A DNA stretch of 62,883 nucleotides from Planctomycetota bacterium (lineage in GTDB: Bacteria; Planctomycetota; Phycisphaerae; Phycisphaerales; UBA1924): positions 1 through 62,883 of the forward strand of contig JBCBMF010000001.1 of the NCBI GenBank assembly GCA_039822905.1, written 5' to 3'. A model generated the notes under the pieces. That model saw only the letters and a program-made list of their open reading frames with translations, searched no databases and was not told where the DNA came from. Shown in pieces: positions 35,283-45,631 of the stretch. Numbering within the stretch: position 1 is the first letter of the stretch; each line of letters starts with the position of its first letter. The translations under genes and the position numbers were made by a program.

Positions 35283-36071
35283 TCAGTCCTCGTAGGTCTT
35301 CCGCTCGCCGAAGATCGCTGAGCCGACGCGAACCAGGTTCGCTCCCTCTTCGATGCCGACCTCGAAGTCGCCCGACATCCCCATGCTCAGCAGGTTGAAC
35401 GCGCCATCGCCGAAGCCCTGCTTCGCCATGTCCTCATAGACATGACGGAGCCTCGCAAAGTGAGGCCGCGCGTCCTCCGGATCATCCGAGTACGGCGCCA
35501 TCGTCATCAACCCGCGCACACGCAGATACGCCATCGATTCCATCGCCGCAGCCAAGGGCTCAGCCGCCGGCACCGGGCAGCCGAACTTCGACTCCTCACC
35601 CGACACGTTCACTTGGATCAACACATCGACCCGCTGCTCACGCTTCAGGCCAACCGCCTGCAGCTCCTCCGCGAGCCGCATCGAATCGACCGAATGGATC
35701 AGCCGCGTGCACTCCACAACCTGCTTGGCCTTGTTCCGCTGCAGCGTGCCGATCATGTGCCAGCGCGGCATCTCGATCGACGCCGCCGCCCCATCGCCCA
35801 TCATGCCCGGCAGCGTCTGCCGGCGCTTGAGCGACTCCTCGATCATCGCCGCCCGCTGCGTCAGCTGTTGCACGCGGTTCTCGCCAAAGTCCCGGTGCCC
35901 GAGCTCGACCAGCTTCTGGATGTCCTCCATCTCGGCGTACTTGGTCACCGCGATCAGGTGGATCCGCGACGCGTCCCTGCCCGCCTTCGCCGCAGCCGCC
36001 TTCACGCGCGATTTCACCGACTCATACCGCTCGATCAACGACATCGTCGGCTCCGCCTGTGTCTCAGTCAT
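35283..36071 (-). CDS. yggS: YggS-family pyridoxal-phosphate homeostasis protein
   Basis: IHLIAVTKYAE...LGHRDFGENRVQQL...WHMIGTLQRNK...SMGMSGDFEVGIEEGANLVRVGSAIFG. ATG at 36071 checked. The track ORF is longer. Confidence 0.9.
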   Translation of the reverse strand: MTETQAEPTMSLIERYESVKSRVKAAAAKAGRDASRIHLIAVTKYAEMEDIQKLVELGHRDFGENRVQQLTQRAAMIEESLKRRQTLPGMMGDGAAASIEMPRWHMIGTLQRNKAKQVVECTRLIHSVDSMRLAEELQAVGLKREQRVDVLIQVNVSGEESKFGCPVPAAEPLAAAMESMAYLRVRGLMTMAPYSDDPEDARPHFARLRHVYEDMAKQGFGDGAFNLLSMGMSGDFEVGIEEGANLVRVGSAIFGERKTYED

Positions 36072-36190
36072 CCGCGGTGCTCCGCACGCGTTCCGATCCA
36101 CGCGCCGCCTCCATGCGACGACGCATGTCGTACAGTACGCCAATCCGCCGAAGCCCGGCGATATCCACAACACACGCAGGAGCGACCACG

Positions 36191-36688
36191 ATGGCAGCCG
36201 ACACACCAACACCCCGCACCGACCCCACCAGCCCCATCGCCGTCGGCGAAGCCGCCCCGAACTTCACGCTCAAAGCACAGGACAAAGAGGACTGGACCCT
36301 CGCCGACGCGGTCAAGAAGGGTGACGTCGCGCTCTGTTTCTACCCTATGGACTTCAGCCCCGTCTGCTCAACCGAGATGAAGTGCATCACCGACGAGATG
36401 GACAAGCTAGCCGGCTCCGGCGCCCAGGTCGTCGGCGTCAGCTGCGACAGCTTCTTCGTCCACGAGGCCTGGGCACAGAGCCTCGGCCTCAAGCAGACCC
36501 TGCTCGCCGACATGCACCGCGACGTCTGCAAGGCCTACGGCTTCTACTGGCCCGACCTCAACATCGCCGGCCGAGGCACCGTCCTCATCGGCCAGTCCGA
36601 CGACGGCCAAGGCACCGTCAAGTGGGTCGAAAAACGCGACATCCCCGAAGCGATGACGGTCGACAACCTGCTGACGCACCTAAGCTGA
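36191..36688 (+). CDS. peroxiredoxin (AhpC/TSA family, AhpE/PrxQ-like)
   Basis: GEAAPNFTLKAQD...VALCFYPMDFSPVCSTE...GVSCDSFFVHEAW. ATG at 36191. Confidence 0.88.
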   Translation: MAADTPTPRTDPTSPIAVGEAAPNFTLKAQDKEDWTLADAVKKGDVALCFYPMDFSPVCSTEMKCITDEMDKLAGSGAQVVGVSCDSFFVHEAWAQSLGLKQTLLADMHRDVCKAYGFYWPDLNIAGRGTVLIGQSDDGQGTVKWVEKRDIPEAMTVDNLLTHLS

Positions 36689-36701
36689 TCACCCGCCTCA
36701 G

Positions 36702-36727
36702 CTGATCACCCGATTCCGGGTGATCAG
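36702..36727. terminator. 11-bp hairpin between convergent genes, with an extra upstream copy of the left arm
   Basis: CTGATCACCCG (36702-36712), loop ATTC, CGGGTGATCAG (36717-36727). AGCTGATCACCCG also occurs at 36683-36695, overlapping the peroxiredoxin stop. No T-tract. Confidence 0.45.
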
Positions 36728-36924
36728 TACCGGCACGAGCTCCCAATGGCATAGAACAGCGCTGCGGTCCCCACAACCACTGCCGCCGCCGGGCTCGGCC
36801 CGCAGTAGCCACCGCCGTGATACCCATATCCGCCGTACCCACCAGCGTGGTACGCACAGCCGCCCGCCGCGAGGCCAAGGCCGCAGAACGCCAAAACCGC
36901 CGTCATCCGAAGCTTCCGTCGCAT
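36724..36924 (-). CDS. small Gly/Tyr-rich putative lipoprotein (paralogue 1)
   Basis: MRRKLRMTAVLAFCGLGLAAGGC lipobox, then YHAGGYGGYGYHGGGY, then a hydrophobic tail VVVGTAALFYAIGSSC. ATG at 36924 (alternative 36906). Confidence 0.55.
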   Translation of the reverse strand: MRRKLRMTAVLAFCGLGLAAGGCAYHAGGYGGYGYHGGGYCGPSPAAAVVVGTAALFYAIGSSCRY

Positions 36925-36986
36925 CCCATGTCCCTTTCGAACAAGCCGCCCCACCCCCAAGCGGGATCGGCACTCAAGTCTCGAAG

Positions 36987-37005
36987 AGTTAGTGCTAACA
37001 TACTA
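36987..37005. promoter_or_regulatory. conserved 19-nt AT-rich motif, copy 1, upstream of small lipoprotein paralogue 1
   Basis: AGTTAGTGCTAACATACTA is identical to 37392-37410. It contains the dyad GTTAG-TG-CTAAC and lies 63-81 nt upstream of the ATG at 36924 on the minus strand. Confidence 0.5.
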
Positions 37006-37071
37006 AATCGATGACAGATGTCAACCCCTGACACCCGCGCCCGCGATCGATGACGCAAATCGCCGCCTGGA

Positions 37072-37314
37072 TCAGCCGCACGCGTCCGCGATGATATAGA
37101 ACAACGCCAGAACACCGAGCACGATCCCGCCCTCGGCACCGCCGGAGTAGCTCCGAACCGCGCCGGAGTAGGACGAGCCGTACGACGAGTTCGAGTGGTA
37201 CCGCCCGCCGTAGCACGTGCACCCGATCGACCCAGCCGCCGCCAGCCCAACGACCGCCGCCGCCACTCCCACGTGCACCCGCCGCCCTGCCTTTCGCTTC
37301 GCTGCTCGGCTCAT
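37072..37314 (-). CDS. small Gly/Tyr/Ser-rich putative lipoprotein (paralogue 2)
   Basis: MSRAAKRKAGRRVHVGVAAAVVGLAAAGSIGC lipobox, YGGRYHSNSSYGSSYSG, and a hydrophobic tail GIVLGVLALFYIIADAC. ATG at 37314. Confidence 0.55.
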   Translation of the reverse strand: MSRAAKRKAGRRVHVGVAAAVVGLAAAGSIGCTCYGGRYHSNSSYGSSYSGAVRSYSGGAEGGIVLGVLALFYIIADACG

Positions 37315-37391
37315 CCTCAACCCCCCTGCTGCTCCTGAGCTTCCGCTCGACACCCCGGCTCGCAACCAGCCGATCACCGGCCATCACATAT

Positions 37392-37410
37392 AGTTAGTGC
37401 TAACATACTA
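37392..37410. promoter_or_regulatory. conserved 19-nt AT-rich motif, copy 2, between small lipoprotein paralogue 2 and divergent gpmI
   Basis: AGTTAGTGCTAACATACTA lies 78-96 nt upstream of the ATG at 37314. On the minus strand it is preceded by TTGACA (37415-37420). Confidence 0.5.
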
Positions 37411-37492
37411 TCACCCTCCTGCCGTGTCAACTGAAGAAACCAGCACCCCCCGTCGACCCAAAGTCGCCCAACATCGCCCGCTACAGTCGCCC

Positions 37493-39132
<1,640 letters not shown>

Positions 39133-39136
<4 letters not shown>

Positions 39137-39375
39137 CGACCCCCCGGCAGCTTCCCCGAGTGCGGAGGCCGCTCGTCCACGATGTCGCGAGGCTCGTCCT
39201 CGCCGTCGTCGCCAGAAGTCTCAAGCGCATTCATCCGGCTCTCCAGCCGCTCGAGCCGACCAACGAGCTTCGCCAACCGATCCGCCACATCACGAATCGC
39301 CGAATCGAGATCATCCGATCGCTGCTCGGCGAACGACACCGCTTCTTCAACTTTCTGCACACGTTCCGGATCCAT
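39133..39375 (-). CDS. SlyX-like small coiled-coil protein
   Basis: 80 aa. The coiled-coil LAKLVGRLERLESRMNALE and the acidic/Pro tail ending ...ERPPHSG resemble SlyX. Weak call. Confidence 0.45.
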
Positions 39376-39420
39376 CGCACCCTCCCGGCAGCCCGCCGCC
39401 CAGCGGTGTACGGTAGAGCC

Positions 39421-40029
39421 ATGCGAGCCCCCGCCGCCATCGCCCTCCTTTTCTCTTCAACGGTCGCCGGGGCATCGCTCGCCGACAACGGCCATCGCGC
39501 CTCGCTGCTGACACGCCTCGCACCGATTGCCGACGATGCCGAACCGCGCCCCCCAACCTTTGGCGTGGCCGGCACCACGCGCTTCATCGCCGGCATCCGT
39601 GGCGCTCAGGACTTCGAGGAGAACACCGACGTCAGCCTCTTCGCGCAGCAGACCTGGTTCGTCGTCGACGACGTCGAGATCGGCGCCGAGCTCGCCGGCT
39701 GGTGGATCTTCCAGGACGACGACACCTGGGGCGTCGCCTCAAGCCTCGTCGTCCGCTACCACTTCTATCAGCAGCCGACGTGGAGCCTCTTCGCCGAGGG
39801 CGGCATCGGACTGTTCATCGCCGCCGACAACGTTCCCGACGACGGCACATCGTTCGGCCTCATGCCACGCATCGGCGTCGGCACCTCCATGCGCATCGAC
39901 GACCGAGACACCCGGCTCATGCTTGGCATCCACTGGCACCACATCTCGAACGCACGACTCAACGGCGAAGCGCGAAACCCGGCGCGCGACGCCGTCGGCC
40001 TCTACGCCGCCATCGCCGTACCGATCTGA
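39421..40029 (+). CDS. acyloxyacyl hydrolase / lipid A deacylase PagL-like outer-membrane beta-barrel
   Basis: Signal peptide MRAPAAIALLFSSTVAGASLA. Small barrel with the His/Ser motif IHWHHISNARLNG...NPARDAVGLYAAIAVPI, typical of the PagL-like family. Confidence 0.6.
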   Translation: MRAPAAIALLFSSTVAGASLADNGHRASLLTRLAPIADDAEPRPPTFGVAGTTRFIAGIRGAQDFEENTDVSLFAQQTWFVVDDVEIGAELAGWWIFQDDDTWGVASSLVVRYHFYQQPTWSLFAEGGIGLFIAADNVPDDGTSFGLMPRIGVGTSMRIDDRDTRLMLGIHWHHISNARLNGEARNPARDAVGLYAAIAVPI

Positions 40030-40049
40030 TTCGAGTTGAAGTGAGACGC

Positions 40050-41006
40050 TCAGCTCGCCGAGCGGAGCTTCTGATCGGCCTTGTCCGCACGCGATGTCAT
40101 CACGCGGTTCCGGCCGCCGTTCTTCGCGGCGTACAGCATCTCGTCCGTCGCCTGGATCCAGTCCGCCGGCGAGATCGTCGCTGGGCTCGTCGCGCCGAGC
40201 ACGCCGACCGAGACCGTCACCGCACGCTCCGGGTGCGCAGGCCACTCGATCTTTGCGAGCTCTTCGCGGATGCGGTTGCAGACGTTCGCCGCATCATCGG
40301 GCCCCGTCTCGGGCATGATCATGACGAACTCTTCGCCGCCGAACCGGCAGGGCACGTCCGACTGTCGGCACTCGCGCTGGAGCAGACGCCCGAACGTCCG
40401 CAACGCCTCATCGCCCGCCGGATGGCCGTACGTGTCGTTGATCGATTTGAAGTGGTCGAGGTCAAAGATCGCCAGAGACAACGGCTTCCCGTGCCGCTGG
40501 TTCTCCGCCGTCGACTGCCCCCACCGCTCCTCGAACGCGACGCGGTTGTAAAGCCCCGTCAGCCCATCGATGTGCGCACGCTGCGCGAGCATGGCAACCA
40601 GGTCTGCCATCCGCAAAGCCGAACGCACACGAACGCGAAGCTCCATGAGATCGAACGGCTTGGTGACGTAGTCCACAGCACCGAGATCAAACGCGGTCAC
40701 CTTGTCTGCCGGGCTCTGCAGACCGCTGAGAACGATCACGGGGATGTCGTGCGTCTCATCCGTCGCCTTCAGGTGCCTGAGCACCTCAAAGCCATCCATG
40801 CCGGGCATGTCGAGATCGAGCAGCACAAGGCTCGGCTGCTCCGCCCGGGCGAGTTCGAGAGCCGCCTCGCCGTCGAGCGCATTCAAGAACTCAAGCCGCT
40901 CCTGCTTGAGCCTCGCGCCCAGCAAGCGGTGCACGTCCTGCGCATCGTCGGTGATGAGGACCCGGTGCCGGGCCGAGTCGACTGCGTTGTTGCCGGTCTC
41001 ATCCAT
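40050..41006 (-). CDS. response regulator-diguanylate cyclase (REC + GGDEF)
   Basis: REC motifs VLITDDAQD, LVLLDLDMPGMDG and YVTKPF. GGDEF domain DGLTGLYNR...RFGGEEFVMIM. Confidence 0.9.
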   Translation of the reverse strand: MDETGNNAVDSARHRVLITDDAQDVHRLLGARLKQERLEFLNALDGEAALELARAEQPSLVLLDLDMPGMDGFEVLRHLKATDETHDIPVIVLSGLQSPADKVTAFDLGAVDYVTKPFDLMELRVRVRSALRMADLVAMLAQRAHIDGLTGLYNRVAFEERWGQSTAENQRHGKPLSLAIFDLDHFKSINDTYGHPAGDEALRTFGRLLQRECRQSDVPCRFGGEEFVMIMPETGPDDAANVCNRIREELAKIEWPAHPERAVTVSVGVLGATSPATISPADWIQATDEMLYAAKNGGRNRVMTSRADKADQKLRSAS

Positions 41007-41036
41007 CCCACAGCATTCCTTGCAGGGAGCCTCGCC

Positions 41037-41366
41037 TTACACCACGACGCGACCACACAGTGCCACAAGCTCATCGACCTGCTCGCGGACCTCCGCGAGC
41101 GTGCCGCTCAAATCCGATTCGTTTAACTCACGCTCGAGCCGACGGGCGTGGTCGCCAATTGACGCGAACCCATAACCGCCGCACGATCCGCTGAGCTGAT
41201 GCGCGAGCCGGATCAGCCCGTCCCGGTCGCCCGCCTCCAGAGAAGCGGTAAGCTGCGCAGCACGGACCGGCAGCTCGTCCACGAACGTCTGCACGAGCTC
41301 CAGCATGTCAGGATCGCCCGCAAACTCGCTTCGGATCGGACCCGTGTCCCCAGATGCGTTCGCCAT
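41037..41366 (-). CDS. Hpt (histidine phosphotransfer) domain protein
   Basis: 109 aa. A four-helix-bundle-like sequence with the phospho-His context LAHQLSGSCGGYGF. Confidence 0.8.
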   Translation of the reverse strand: MANASGDTGPIRSEFAGDPDMLELVQTFVDELPVRAAQLTASLEAGDRDGLIRLAHQLSGSCGGYGFASIGDHARRLERELNESDLSGTLAEVREQVDELVALCGRVVV

Positions 41367-41526
41367 GACAACCCCCGACCCGAGACTCCTTTGTCTCAGA
41401 TCGGACTATCGACGTTCGGCAGACGCGTCTTCAGCCGCCGCCCACATTTCGTTTCGGGACCTCGGGTGAGCAACGGCCACGCGAGAGGCCGAACGGGGGT
41501 CCTCAACCGCACTTGAGACCCGAGCA

Positions 41527-43023
41527 TCAGTCGGAGAAGCAGTCGCCCTGCGTCCCCATGTAATTCAAAAAGAACGCGTTGAAGTCCGCCGGTGTGACAA
41601 CGCCGTCCCGGTTTTGGTCAGCCCGCGGATCGCCGGTCGGATACATCGAAACCCAAACCGAGAAGTCGGTGGGCCGGATAACCCCGCTGCCGTCGACGTC
41701 CGCGTAACACCACTGAATGCCGAGGATCTCCTGCAGCGCCCGCTGGGCGTTCACACGACCGAAGCCGTACAAGTCGTCACGCCCGAGATCGCCGAGGTCC
41801 CTCGCCGTCGCGGCAAGAATCCTGCGGACCTCCTCGAGGCTCACATCCGGATCCGCCGAACGCAGCAGAGCCGCGACACCGGCAACGATCGGTGTCGAAA
41901 CCGAGGTCCCCGACGAGAACCCGTAGGTATCCGGGTCAAAGACAGTGTGCGTCGTCGAGAAGATGTCAACTCCTGGCGCAACAAACTCAACCTCAGGACC
42001 GGCCGTTGAAAAGGGAGCCCACATGTCGTTGTTGTCCGTCGCACCAACCGCGATCACCTCGGGGTAGGCGGCCGGGTACAGAACACCAAGCGCGCCGGTG
42101 TTACCTGAGGAAGCCACCACGATCACACCCCGATCGTGCGCATACCGCACAGCGTCGGCGAGCACGTCGCTGTAGTTCGACAGCCCGAACGACATCACCG
42201 CGACATCGACGCCGTTGTCCGCCGCCCAGAGCAGGCCCTCCGCGAGCCAGACGTCGGACGTGAACCCGAGCGGGTTTGCCGCCTTGATCGGCACAAGCCG
42301 CGATCCCCAGCTCACCCCGACCACGCCCTCTGAGTTATTCGTCGACGCCGCGACGATTCCCGCGATGTGCGTGCCGTGGGTGTTGTACGGCGCATCGGTG
42401 TCATCCGTCGCGCCGCCTGTGATGTTGACGCCGTCATCAAGCTTCGATACCAGATCAGGATGCGTCGCCGACACACCCGAGTCGATGACAGCGACCCGTA
42501 CCTGTGCCGACCCTCGCTGGAGCTCCCACGCCGCAGCAGCACGCACGTCCGCCCCCGAGACCCCTGCCACCCCGGCGACGACCTGGCCCCGGTTCAGAAT
42601 CGCATACTGCTCGGCAACAAACGGGTCGTTCGGCAGCCCGAGGTCATCGCTTGTTGTCGCCTCACCGGCAACGACCGGCATCATGGACAGCCCGCTGTGC
42701 GACGCGATTGCTGCTTCGAGATGGCCGAGATCATCGTGATCATCAACCCGGACCACGTGGTATTCGGCACCGTCCATCATCAAGCCGCCCGCGACCGGCC
42801 GAGATTGGGAAACCGACGGGAGACCAGCCACCAAGCCCTGACCGTCGCCATCTGCAACCGCCGCAGACGCAGCCACGCGGATCACAAACGCGCCAGGAAC
42901 AGCTCCGGCCGCGACAGCATCCTCATCGATTGCCAGAGCAGTCCACGACTGGGACACGGCAGAACCGACAGACATACTCACAGAGGCCACAAAGACAGCC
43001 GAGCGTGCTGCGGAAGTGCTCAT
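41527..43023 (-). CDS. secreted S8 subtilisin-family peptidase with C-terminal dockerin/EF-hand-like repeats
   Basis: Catalytic VAVIDSGV, HGTHIAGIV and GTSVSTPIVAG. The C-terminus DVDGSGVIRPTDFSVW ... DQNRDGVVTPADFNAFF forms two Ca-binding dockerin-type repeats. ATG at 43023 or 43041. Confidence 0.88.
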   Translation of the reverse strand: MSTSAARSAVFVASVSMSVGSAVSQSWTALAIDEDAVAAGAVPGAFVIRVAASAAVADGDGQGLVAGLPSVSQSRPVAGGLMMDGAEYHVVRVDDHDDLGHLEAAIASHSGLSMMPVVAGEATTSDDLGLPNDPFVAEQYAILNRGQVVAGVAGVSGADVRAAAAWELQRGSAQVRVAVIDSGVSATHPDLVSKLDDGVNITGGATDDTDAPYNTHGTHIAGIVAASTNNSEGVVGVSWGSRLVPIKAANPLGFTSDVWLAEGLLWAADNGVDVAVMSFGLSNYSDVLADAVRYAHDRGVIVVASSGNTGALGVLYPAAYPEVIAVGATDNNDMWAPFSTAGPEVEFVAPGVDIFSTTHTVFDPDTYGFSSGTSVSTPIVAGVAALLRSADPDVSLEEVRRILAATARDLGDLGRDDLYGFGRVNAQRALQEILGIQWCYADVDGSGVIRPTDFSVWVSMYPTGDPRADQNRDGVVTPADFNAFFLNYMGTQGDCFSD

Positions 43024-43370
43024 AGATCTCTCTCCTCCCAAGTGATGCAGGGCACCACCTGTCGAGACAGCTTAATTCATCGGGCCACGCAACGCCAGTG
43101 ATCGGACCGAAAGACCATCTGTTCGGGTTCTTTCGCAAGCTTTGAACTCAGGTCCGAAGTAGCCGCAATCGGAACCCGGAAACTCCCGCAGCATCCAAAG
43201 CGGGTGGATCACAAACCCCACCTTTCGGGGACAGAAGTTATCCGCACCCATTGACACGGCCGGTCCGCCCCGTCACACTCGGGTGGGCCGCCTTCGCGGG
43301 CGGTGCAGAGAGACACCCCGCTCCGATGTTCTTCGCAGGTGCACCGCGAGCGCTCAGGGAGAGACGAGAC

Positions 43371-44111
43371 ATGCTTCGTACAGCAGCAGCGGCCAGTATT
43401 GTCGCGTTCGCGGGCTCCGCGACCGCAGACGTCGTCGATCTGATCATCTTTGAGGTCGTCGCCACCAACGACGTCACCGGTGCGAGCCAGACCCGGACAT
43501 ACACGGTCGATGCAAGCGCCGGTGCCGGCGACACGATCGAGTGGACTCTGCCGGATCAGCTTGACTTCGCAGGCATCGGCGGCGTTGCCTCCGCAAGCGT
43601 GCTGGTGACCACCAACGGGGAAAGTCGTGGTGCAATCGGCGGCCAGTCCGTCGTAGCGGACTTCAGCGTGTTCGCCTCAACACAGAACGCGAGCTTCCAG
43701 ATTAACTCGGCCGCCGTGAGCTTTAGCACCATCCAGGCCGCAGACGCTCTCGGGTTCGCTAGCGCAGCCGTGACCCTCGTCGACGTCTTGAACGACGGCG
43801 CCGCACTCACACCTGCCGCCGGCGGCGGCTACCAGGCCCTCGTAAACGGCGGCTCGGTCTTCTCGAGCCTCTTCCCCGCCGGCTCGCCGCTCTCCGTGCC
43901 ATCGGGCACCGGAACACTCGATTTCAACGCCGACACCGGTGCGTTCCTCCCGGCAGGCGTCGACGTCTCCTCGATCAGCGCGAGCTGGAATTTCTCGCTG
44001 TCCGGGTTCGATTCCGCGACCGGCACCAGCACATTCACCGTCATCCCAGCCCCCGCATCGGCGGCAATCCTCGGCTTGGGCGGACTCGCCGCGGCCCGGC
44101 GCCGCCGCTGA
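43371..44111 (+). CDS. secreted protein with PEP-CTERM-like sorting signal
   Basis: Signal peptide MLRTAAAASIVAFAGSATA. Ser/Thr/Ala/Gly-rich beta-type body. C-terminus VIPAPASAAILGLGGLAAARRRR. Confidence 0.75.
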   Translation: MLRTAAAASIVAFAGSATADVVDLIIFEVVATNDVTGASQTRTYTVDASAGAGDTIEWTLPDQLDFAGIGGVASASVLVTTNGESRGAIGGQSVVADFSVFASTQNASFQINSAAVSFSTIQAADALGFASAAVTLVDVLNDGAALTPAAGGGYQALVNGGSVFSSLFPAGSPLSVPSGTGTLDFNADTGAFLPAGVDVSSISASWNFSLSGFDSATGTSTFTVIPAPASAAILGLGGLAAARRRR

Positions 44112-44192
44112 ACGGGCCGTACCAACCGCGGACGGCGACATTCAACAGACCTTGCCGGGAGGCGGCAACCGAGCCGCCCCCAGGAGGCACGT

Positions 44193-44954
44193 ATGAAGAC
44201 CCAGATTTCTTCCATCGCGGCCTGTGTTCTCGCGGCGGGTGCCGGTGCGCAGTTCAGCGATCCCATCGTCACAATCAACGTCAGCAACGCGCTCGGCACC
44301 GGCACCTTCACCGCCGATCTCGCGCAGGCCTTCCCGTTGCCAAACGGCGGTCTCACCTACAGCTCCGCCGCCTTCGGCCCGCTGTTCCCGCAGGACATCA
44401 CCGACGGCGGCGGCAACGTCATCGCGACCATCAACGCCGTCAACGTCGTCGCTGTCGACGACGACATCACAACATCCAACGGCGACGGGCTCGCCGTCGT
44501 CAACTTCGTGATGAGCGCCGGAGAGCTCGACACAACCGTCGAGGTGCTCTCGACGTTCGTCACGCTCCCCTCGGCCTTCGGACCGACCCCAACCGTTCTC
44601 GCAAACGCGGCCTACACCGCGTCGGATGACAACGGCGACGGCGTCACCGTCTCGGGCGGGCCAACGCTCACCGATTTCTTCGTCAACGGCGATACCAGCA
44701 CCGGCACACTCTTCGACAGCCTCGCGACAGGCTTTACCGGCGGAAGCTTCGCCTCGCCGAGCACGTCGGAGAGCTCGGGGGCGGTCATCCTCGGCCAAGC
44801 GGTCGATAGCTTCCAGTTCACCTCAAACTTCAGCATCTCCGCCACCGACGAAGTCAGCGGCAACTTCAGCATCTCGGTCAACTCGATCCCATCACCAGCA
44901 ACCGCGGTCGTGCTCGCGTTCGGCGGATTCGCCGCCGCAGGCCGTCGCCGCTAA
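44193..44954 (+). CDS. secreted protein with PEP-CTERM-like sorting signal
   Basis: AGGAGG lies 8 nt upstream of the ATG. Signal peptide MKTQISSIAACVLAAGAGAQ. C-terminus SIPSPATAVVLAFGGFAAAGRRR. Confidence 0.78.
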   Translation: MKTQISSIAACVLAAGAGAQFSDPIVTINVSNALGTGTFTADLAQAFPLPNGGLTYSSAAFGPLFPQDITDGGGNVIATINAVNVVAVDDDITTSNGDGLAVVNFVMSAGELDTTVEVLSTFVTLPSAFGPTPTVLANAAYTASDDNGDGVTVSGGPTLTDFFVNGDTSTGTLFDSLATGFTGGSFASPSTSESSGAVILGQAVDSFQFTSNFSISATDEVSGNFSISVNSIPSPATAVVLAFGGFAAAGRRR

Positions 44955-45006
44955 ACAAGTCGCATCGACCAACTAGGGTCGGAGCAGCACCCCCTCGCCT
45001 CTCACA

Positions 45007-45031
45007 GACCCCCGTGCCGCGCGCGGGGGTC
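45007..45031. terminator. GC-rich hairpin between convergent genes (probable terminator)
   Basis: GACCCCCG (45007-45014) pairs with CGGGGGTC (45024-45031) across a 9-nt loop. Followed by TTTCAATCTTTC on the plus strand. Confidence 0.6.
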
Positions 45032-45033
45032 TT

Positions 45034-45522
45034 TCAATCTTTCGCGTTCAGCCGCAGCACACCATCGAGCGTGCCAGCGCCCGGCTCAATCGAGCCGCTA
45101 TGCGAGCACACCGCCGCCTCACCCGTGCGCAGCGAAACCGCACAAGGCCCAACACCAGCCGTGAACACCGACGCCGCCAGCGAGATTGTCGGGTTGTGTC
45201 CAACCACGATCAGCCTCGGGCTCTCAACCCGCTCGACAACCGCCTCAAACAGCTCCTCGACGCCGCAATGAGTAAAGAGCCGATCTTCGCGAACCGCCTG
45301 GCTGCCCAGCACGCCAGCGACGATGCCCGCCGTCGTCCACGTCCGCTCGGCCGGGCTCGAAATGACAACGGCCTCGCCGAAACCATCCGCTAGCAGCGTC
45401 TCCCCCATCCACGCCGCCTGCCGGTGCCCCCGGTCCGCGAGCGGCCGATCCGCGTCGAACCCCGAAGGAGACTCCGCCATCGCCTTGCCATGACGCAAAA
45501 AAGCAACCCGCTGACCAGCCAT
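45034..45522 (-). CDS. sixA: phosphohistidine phosphatase SixA (histidine phosphatase superfamily)
   Basis: The RHG motif VAFLRHGKA, about 160 aa in length, and VVGHNP near the C-terminal third. ATG at 45522 (GTG at 45525). Confidence 0.8.
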   Translation of the reverse strand: MAGQRVAFLRHGKAMAESPSGFDADRPLADRGHRQAAWMGETLLADGFGEAVVISSPAERTWTTAGIVAGVLGSQAVREDRLFTHCGVEELFEAVVERVESPRLIVVGHNPTISLAASVFTAGVGPCAVSLRTGEAAVCSHSGSIEPGAGTLDGVLRLNAKD

Positions 45523-45631
45523 CACGCCAGCCTACCCCCATCCGACCGCGCACGGGAACCAATGATCCGCAAAGACGTCTAATACGCTGTGACGGACCGG
45601 GTCGCTCGGAACCCGGCCGAGGAGGCCACCC

